From Vicinamibacterales bacterium (GTDB lineage: Bacteria > Acidobacteriota > Vicinamibacteria > Vicinamibacterales > 2-12-FULL-66-21), in contig JBMDXB010000013.1 in the NCBI GenBank assembly GCA_048594885.1, positions 24,115 through 88,114 of the forward strand: DNA of 64,000 nucleotides. The letters are read 5' to 3'. Under the pieces are notes generated by a model, which was given only the letters and a program-made list of their open reading frames with translations, was not told where the DNA came from and did no database searches. A program made the translations under genes and the position numbers. How positions within the stretch are numbered: the stretch's first letter is position 1; each line of letters begins with the position of its first letter. This document shows, in pieces, positions 58,457-64,000 of the stretch.

Positions 58457-60907
58457 TCAGAAACGGTTCCCCTTCGTCTTCGTCCTCACGCGCATCAGAT
58501 ACATGTCGGCCGTGATGTACAGCGTGCTGCCGTCGTCGCCCCACGCGCAGTTGGCGGTGGCCTGCCCGGTGTCGATCGTGCCGAGGTGCTTGCCTTCTGG
58601 CGAGATGATCAACACGCCGCCCGGTCCCGCCGCCCACAGATTGCCGTTGACGTCGATCTTCAGGCCGTCGGGCAGGCCGCGGCGCGTCTTCGTCATCGGC
58701 GTCGCGTCGAAGAGCACGCGGCTGTTCGTCAGCGTGCCGTCCTTCGCGAGGTCGAACACGCGCCAGATCGCGGCGCTCTCATCTGACTGCGCGACGTAGA
58801 GCCGCCGCTCGTCCGGCGAGAACGCCAGGCCGTTCGGCCGTGTCATGTCACGCGTCAGCAGCGTGACCTCCCCTTTCGCGCTGCGCCTGAACACGCCGGC
58901 GTAGGGCAGCTCGCGTTTCGGGTCGTCCCACTGCTTCTCCATGCCGTAGGCCGGATCGGTGAAGTACAAATCGCCGTTGCTGTGGAAGACGAGATCGTTC
59001 GGACTGTTGAACCGCTTGCCCTCGTAGCGATCCGCAAGCGTCGAGAAAGCCGGCTTGGGCGCGGTGAGCGGCGCCTCCATGATCGCGACGCGGCGGTCGC
59101 CGTGCTGGCAGAGCGCCAGCCGCCCGCGCGGGTCGAGCGTGAGGCCGTTCGAGCCGGTCTCGCCGCCGCGCGGCGCCGAGCCGGTGTAGCCTGACGGCGT
59201 CAGATATGGCTTCGCCCCCTCGCCCTGCTTCCAGCGGTGGACGATGTTCTTGGGGACGTCGGAGAAGAGCAGGTAGCCGCCGTCCTTCACCCACACGGGG
59301 CCCTCGCTCCAGTCGTATCCCTCCGCGAGGATTTCGATCTTGGCGTTCGGATCGATCAGCCGATCGAGCGCTGGATCCAGTCGTTCGATGCGCATGGCAG
59401 TCTTTGGCTGTGAAGCCGCGTGGACGGCCGTCTCCGGCACCCCCGCGGCGCGCAGGAGCACGCGCCCCTGCTGGTAAATGGTCATCCCGGCGAGCGCGCC
59501 GTAGAGCACGATCGACCACACCATCGCCGCGAGCCGGTAGGAGCGCAGCCGGATCGCACCCGGCAGCGCGCGGCGGTTCAGCACGATCAGCAGGAATGAG
59601 TAGACGAACATGATCGCTCCCGCGGAACAGGCGGAGATGACCAGCAGGACGAGCGGCTGGTCGAGGCCGGCGAGGATGATGCCACAGCCGACGAGCACCA
59701 TCACCCAGACGAGCGCGAAGTACAGCCGGCTCTCCGAGACCGACGATGTCCTGAGGTAAGTGGACTTGAGGATGTCCGCCGTCAGCCGGCTCGTGTAATC
59801 GGTGATCCCCATCGAGGCGGTGAAGAGCGAGAAGGCGCCGACCGCCCAGAAGAGCAGCCCGAACCACGGTGCCACCTTCGCCTGGAGCTGTTGCCCCTCG
59901 ATCTTCAGGAAGCTGACGTTGTTCGGCAGCCCCGCCTGGCCGAAGAGCGTCGAGTGCGCGAGCATGGACGTCAGGCAGATCGTCACGACCGTGACCAGCA
60001 CGAACGTGACCGCCTGTTCCACGTTGACGAAGCGCCACCACCGCCGCCAGTGCGACATGTTGCCGGCGTCCGGCTCGAACATGAACGCGGTAGCGGCGTG
60101 CGCGTCCGCCTCTTCGACGCCGGTCACCGGACTCACCAGGCGCGGCACGTAGCGGCCCATGCCGAACCCCTTGTCGCGGATCCAGTTGCTCTGACAGAGG
60201 TTCTGCCCGCCGCCTGCCCCCGCATACGCGACAGCGCCCATGAGCAGCGCGAACCCAAGCTCGCTGGGCACCGAGCCGAACGCGACGAGCCCGCCCGGCA
60301 GCGCCGCCCACGTCGTCCCGTCGATCGCGAACGCCACCGCCAGCGCAACGAGCAGGAGCACCGCCGCCAGCTTGACGAACACCAACCGCTCGAGCGCGAC
60401 GTAGATGACGGGCGCCAGCGTCAGCGAGGCGCCGATCACCAGCAGGATCCCGATCGCGACCATCCGCGGATTGCCGCCGAGCAGATAGGTCGTCAGCGTC
60501 GCCGAGCTCATCGCCCAGCCGGGCCAGAAGTTGCCGAACGACACGAGCACCGCGAACGTGAGGCCCCAGTGTTTCCACAGCCGGTTGAACCCGGTCAGCG
60601 CCGTCTCGCCGGTGGCGAGCGTGTAGCGCTCGATTTCCATGTTGAGGAAGAACTGCGTGACGACGCCGAGGATCGCGCCCCACAGGAAGACGAGCCCGAC
60701 CTGCGAGGCGATGTACGGCCAGAGGATGAACTCGCCGGACGACACGCCGACGCCGGCCGCGACGACGCCCGGGCCGACGATCCGCCAGAGCTGCCGGGGC
60801 GGCTCCGGAAGATCGCGGACCTGATAGGCGGGAAGGTGGTCGATGACCTGTGGCGGCACGGGGTCAATGCTAAATGCTAAATGCCGAATGCCAAAACAAT
60901 TTGGCAT
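58457..60907 (-). CDS. Fusion protein: Nramp-family divalent-metal transporter (about 11 TM) + C-terminal SMP-30/gluconolactonase/LRE-like beta-propeller
   Basis: Single ORF with no stop between the halves. Nramp N-terminus 'LWRIVGPGVVAAGVGVSSGEFILWPYIASQVGLVFLWGAILG...FFLNMEIERYTLATGE'. From nt 59395 downward: 'MRIERLDPALDRLIDP...EGPVWVKDGGYLLFSDVP...NSPNDLVFHSNGDLYFTDP...RPNGLAFSPDERRLYVA...PDGLKIDVNGNLWAAG'. Start ambiguous: ATG 60907 (inside the hairpin repeat) or GTG 60859. Confidence 0.8.
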   Translation of the reverse strand: MPNCFGIRHLAFSIDPVPPQVIDHLPAYQVRDLPEPPRQLWRIVGPGVVAAGVGVSSGEFILWPYIASQVGLVFLWGAILGVVTQFFLNMEIERYTLATGETALTGFNRLWKHWGLTFAVLVSFGNFWPGWAMSSATLTTYLLGGNPRMVAIGILLVIGASLTLAPVIYVALERLVFVKLAAVLLLVALAVAFAIDGTTWAALPGGLVAFGSVPSELGFALLMGAVAYAGAGGGQNLCQSNWIRDKGFGMGRYVPRLVSPVTGVEEADAHAATAFMFEPDAGNMSHWRRWWRFVNVEQAVTFVLVTVVTICLTSMLAHSTLFGQAGLPNNVSFLKIEGQQLQAKVAPWFGLLFWAVGAFSLFTASMGITDYTSRLTADILKSTYLRTSSVSESRLYFALVWVMVLVGCGIILAGLDQPLVLLVISACSAGAIMFVYSFLLIVLNRRALPGAIRLRSYRLAAMVWSIVLYGALAGMTIYQQGRVLLRAAGVPETAVHAASQPKTAMRIERLDPALDRLIDPNAKIEILAEGYDWSEGPVWVKDGGYLLFSDVPKNIVHRWKQGEGAKPYLTPSGYTGSAPRGGETGSNGLTLDPRGRLALCQHGDRRVAIMEAPLTAPKPAFSTLADRYEGKRFNSPNDLVFHSNGDLYFTDPAYGMEKQWDDPKRELPYAGVFRRSAKGEVTLLTRDMTRPNGLAFSPDERRLYVAQSDESAAIWRVFDLAKDGTLTNSRVLFDATPMTKTRRGLPDGLKIDVNGNLWAAGPGGVLIISPEGKHLGTIDTGQATANCAWGDDGSTLYITADMYLMRVRTKTKGNRF

Positions 60908-60934
60908 TCAGCATTCGGCATTCAGCATTGACCC
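60861..60934. repeat. 74-bp near-perfect hairpin built from inverted heptamer arrays (AATGCTA/AATGCCG)x4 - acaa - (GGCATTC/AGCATTC)x4
   Basis: gggtcaatgctaaatgctaaatgccgaatgccaaa | acaa | tttggcattcagcattcggcattcagcattgaccc. 35-nt arms with 4 mismatches. Lies between the TBDR stop (60941) and the Nramp-fusion start. Confidence 0.9.
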
Positions 60935-60940
60935 GCGTCG

Positions 60941-63900
60941 TCAGAAGACGAACTTCGCGGCGATCTGGATGTCCCGCGGCAGGTTGGTCTGGCTCGTCAC
61001 CTTCCCGAAGTTCGCATCGCCCGGACTGGTATTCGGTCCGCTGTACACCGTCTGGTTCAGCGCGTTCAGGAACTCGACGTGGAACTGCGCCCGCAGGCGA
61101 TCGTTGAAGCGGACGCGCTTGACGAGCGAGATGTCCCACAGGTTGAGCATCTGGCTGCGCACGTCCGGCAGCCGCGACGGGAAGTAGCGGATGTTGCTGG
61201 TCAGGTTCTTCCGCTGATCGTTCCGCTGCTTCACCGGGTCGTCCACGCCATTGGTCTGCACCAGCGCATCGTGGAAGTAGAAGCCGCTGATGTCCCAGAC
61301 CGTCTTGTCGGGATCCTTCGAGTATTTCGACTTCAGCTTCGTCGGATCGCCGTCGTAATAGAGGTTGCCGAACCCGATCGGACGTCCGGATTGCAGCGTG
61401 CCCATCGCCGTCACGCTCCAGCCGCCCGCAATGGCGTCGAGGACCGCGGGCATGTTGTTGCCCCAGCGGCGGTCACGGCCGAACGGCAGCTCGAGGATGC
61501 CGGTCAGCGACAGCCGGTGCGGCGTGTCGTCGCCCGAAAGCCGCTCTTCGAGCACGGTGTCGGTGGCGTTCAGCCTCGCCACCTTCTCGGTGAACTTCGA
61601 TCCCGTATACGCGGTGAGGAGCGTGAAGCCCGAGTGGAACCGGCGCTCGACCTTGACCTGCACCGAGTTGTATTCGGTCGTCCCCTCGTTGTCCCACGTC
61701 GACACGCCGGTGAAGTGCGGGTACGGCCGCAGCAGGTTCTGACGCGCGAATCGTGCGTTGTTGTGGCCCGTGCCCGGAATCAGGCCGCGGAACGGGTTGT
61801 CGACCTGCGCCGTCAGGAACGTGTTCGTATCGATCTGCGACTGGTCGCGGAAGCGGCTCGTCGAGAGGTACTGCGCCGGCACCGCGTTGAGATCGACTTC
61901 CGTGGTGATGTCGTAGCCGCGGCTGCCGACGTAGGCGACGTCCAGGAGCCACTGGCCGGGCAGCTCACGCTGGAAGCCGACCGAGTAGCGCATGTTCTGC
62001 GGGTTCTTGAAGTTCTCCGGCGCAGAACGCGGCAGGCCCTGGCCGAGGAACGTGTTCGGCCCCGCGGAGCTGCCCGCCGGCTCCAGCACCCCCTGATGGA
62101 ACGGGTTGGCCATCGTCGCCTGGAACGTCAACCCGACGTTGGCGGTGGGCTGGATGCTCGTGTTCTGCGAGTAGCCCGGCTGGTTCACGCCGTTCGAGAA
62201 CACGAACGGCACCGTGTAGATGCCGAAGCCGCCGCGGATGGCCGTCTTCTTGTCGAGGGCGTAGGCGAAGCCGGCACGCGGCTGGATGTTGTTGCTGTCG
62301 GCGTTCCAGATCTGGCGCCGCGAGTCGCTGGCGAAATTGAGCCCGCCGCGCACCTGGAACGCGGAGACAGGAACTTCGGGGATCGGACTCGCCGCATACT
62401 GCGCCTGCGAGGCGGACGCGATAGCGATCGCCGCCGCCGGATCGAAGGTCGTCGAGATGCGGTTCTGCGACTCCCACGGCGCCGTCTCGTACTCGTAACG
62501 CACGCCGAAGTTGACCGTCAGCTTGTCGGTGAGGCGCCAGTCGTCCTGCACGTAGACGCCGTGGTAGGCGGTGAACATGTTGCGCGGAGTGTTGCGATCG
62601 ATGCTGCCTCCGGTGACCGAGCCGAGCATGAACGCCGCCAGGTCCATGCCGAAGAGATCGCTCGCGTTATCGCGCTCACGGACGTAATTGCCGCGGAACG
62701 TATACTCGCCGGCCTGCCGGTTGGCGTTGAACACCGACTCCCGGTAGAGCCGCAGGTCGTAGCCCGCGCGGAGCGAATGGCGGCCCTTCAGCTTCGTGAA
62801 CGTCGGCTGGAACGAGTAGATGCTGTGCGTGGTCGAGCTGCCGAGGTTGTTGCCGATGTCCGTGTACTGGTTCAGATCGAACAGCGGGAAGTAGCGCGCG
62901 CCCTGGAACAGCGCGACGGTCTGCGGCGAGAACGCGAGCGACGCCGGATCGAACTTGCCGAAGTGCGGCCGCACGTTCGGCTCCTGGAAGCGCTGCCACC
63001 CGGCGCGCATGTTGAGCAGCGACGTGTTGCTCCGCGTCCAGACGTGGTCCACCGTGACGCCGTCGTTGATCCGGTAGAGGAAGTTGCCGTCCGGAATGAC
63101 GCCGTTCACGGTCCCGAAGAAGTGACCGCGCGCCTCGACGCGATCGTTCCGCGTGAAGCGGACGAACATCTGCTGCTTGTCGCTGATCCGGTGATCGACG
63201 CGCGTCGAGATCGAATAGAAGTCGTCGGTGCGCGGGTTGGAGGCGATGTAGTTGTTCTGCAGCCCGTTGTTCGCCGTGCCCGCCCGGTTCGGCGTCGGGA
63301 TGTACTTCAAGACCTCGCGCGCGACCGGGCTGATGCGGTTCGTCGGAATGATGTTGCCCACGAACGGATCGCGGACGACGCGGGCGCCCACCTGGCGCGC
63401 CGTGAGCGGATCGTAGAGCTGCACGCCGAGCGCGAGCAGCTCGGAGAAGTCGCCGGTGCGCATCTTTTCGGTCGCTACCGTGCGCGTGCCCGGCTCCGGG
63501 AACTCGTCGTACAACCACTCGATGGCGCCGAAGAAGAACGTGCGGTTGGCGCCGTTGTAGCCGGGGAGGCGAACCGGGCCGCCGACGTGGCCGCCGAACC
63601 GCTCGTAGGACAGCTCCGGCTTCGGCGAGTTGTTGCGCTTCAGAAAGAAGTCCGTCTCCGACAGCTTGTCGTCGCGCAGGTAGTAATAGCCCTCGCCCTT
63701 GTAGCTGTTGGTGCCGCTCTTGAGCGTGACGTCGACCAGCGCGCCGGCCGTGTGGCCGTCGCTCGCGTCGAAGCTCGCGGTCTTGACCTTGAACTCCTGC
63801 ACGGCGCCCGCCGGCGGCACGAACGCGACGCGGCGGCCGCTCGTCATGTTGGGCGATCCGTCGAGCGAGAACTCGTTGCCGCCCACAGCGCCGTCGGCAA

Positions 63901-64000
63901 CGACGCCGGACGTGCCGGCGTTGTCGAACGGGCGGGCGAACTTCAGATCGCCGGTGAAGGCGACGCCCGGCACCATGCGCGCGAGCTGGAAGGGATTGCC
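60941..64000 (-). CDS. TonB-dependent receptor (CarboxypepD_reg-type family), 5' end outside the window
   Basis: The ORF runs to the window edge. 'EFSLDGSPNM..VAFVPPAGAVQEFKVKTASFDASDGHTAGALVDVTLKSGTNSYKG' is collinear with aa about 195-255 of the other receptors. Ends ...IAAKFVF. Confidence 0.85.
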   Translation of the reverse strand, partial: GNPFQLARMVPGVAFTGDLKFARPFDNAGTSGVVADGAVGGNEFSLDGSPNMTSGRRVAFVPPAGAVQEFKVKTASFDASDGHTAGALVDVTLKSGTNSYKGEGYYYLRDDKLSETDFFLKRNNSPKPELSYERFGGHVGGPVRLPGYNGANRTFFFGAIEWLYDEFPEPGTRTVATEKMRTGDFSELLALGVQLYDPLTARQVGARVVRDPFVGNIIPTNRISPVAREVLKYIPTPNRAGTANNGLQNNYIASNPRTDDFYSISTRVDHRISDKQQMFVRFTRNDRVEARGHFFGTVNGVIPDGNFLYRINDGVTVDHVWTRSNTSLLNMRAGWQRFQEPNVRPHFGKFDPASLAFSPQTVALFQGARYFPLFDLNQYTDIGNNLGSSTTHSIYSFQPTFTKLKGRHSLRAGYDLRLYRESVFNANRQAGEYTFRGNYVRERDNASDLFGMDLAAFMLGSVTGGSIDRNTPRNMFTAYHGVYVQDDWRLTDKLTVNFGVRYEYETAPWESQNRISTTFDPAAAIAIASASQAQYAASPIPEVPVSAFQVRGGLNFASDSRRQIWNADSNNIQPRAGFAYALDKKTAIRGGFGIYTVPFVFSNGVNQPGYSQNTSIQPTANVGLTFQATMANPFHQGVLEPAGSSAGPNTFLGQGLPRSAPENFKNPQNMRYSVGFQRELPGQWLLDVAYVGSRGYDITTEVDLNAVPAQYLSTSRFRDQSQIDTNTFLTAQVDNPFRGLIPGTGHNNARFARQNLLRPYPHFTGVSTWDNEGTTEYNSVQVKVERRFHSGFTLLTAYTGSKFTEKVARLNATDTVLEERLSGDDTPHRLSLTGILELPFGRDRRWGNNMPAVLDAIAGGWSVTAMGTLQSGRPIGFGNLYYDGDPTKLKSKYSKDPDKTVWDISGFYFHDALVQTNGVDDPVKQRNDQRKNLTSNIRYFPSRLPDVRSQMLNLWDISLVKRVRFNDRLRAQFHVEFLNALNQTVYSGPNTSPGDANFGKVTSQTNLPRDIQIAAKFVF

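Noticed and set aside
59393-59395. Splitting the 58457-60907 ORF into separate Nramp and gluconolactonase genes at the internal ATG
   Set aside because: There is no stop codon between the two halves in this frame and no RBS before the internal ATG. On the sequence as given it is one ORF. An undetected sequencing error remains possible and is listed as a check.

Overview
Visibly high-GC chromosomal segment (roughly two-thirds G+C by eye, not computed). Its gene content points to Acidobacteriota, possibly Vicinamibacteria-like. This assignment is inferred from family content only. About 31 protein genes are supported. I recognised no rRNA, tRNA, CRISPR array, transposase or integrase. Three expanded secreted or outer-membrane families dominate the window. 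(i) Five giant TonB-dependent receptors with an N-terminal CarboxypepD_reg-like domain: 72-3572, 3810-7316, 16308-20198, 37877-41494 and 60941->64000. (ii) Seven FG-GAP/VCBS beta-propeller proteins, six of which also carry an ASPIC/UnbV domain ('CRTAC1-like'). (iii) Three TIGR03436-type 'Acidobacterial VWFA' proteins. The most interesting organisation is a three-gene cassette present twice, at 7480-15060 and 44639-52912. It reads [accessory domain + CRTAC1-like] - [5-TM membrane anchor + pentaheme c-type cytochrome] - ATGA-coupled [CRTAC1-like]. A TPR domain sits on a different partner in each copy. The second unusual layer is non-coding. Most long intergenic gaps are filled by period-7 tandem micro-repeat arrays (period 9 at one locus), and each locus uses a different unit. 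Several arrays are arranged as inverted arrays that predict 25-55 bp hairpins. One such array is read through as the interdomain linker of a fusion protein. Other content: a TBDR-TPR-TPR-VWFA-VWFA operon; a NarL-type two-component system; a MazEF-like toxin-antitoxin module flanked by REP-like palindromes; a decapitated PIN toxin with an intact antitoxin; an alginate-lyase/sulfatase/sugar-acid catabolic cluster; an Nramp-SMP30/gluconolactonase fusion; and a small secreted endostatin-like protein. All functional calls come from reading the supplied translations by eye. No database search was run.
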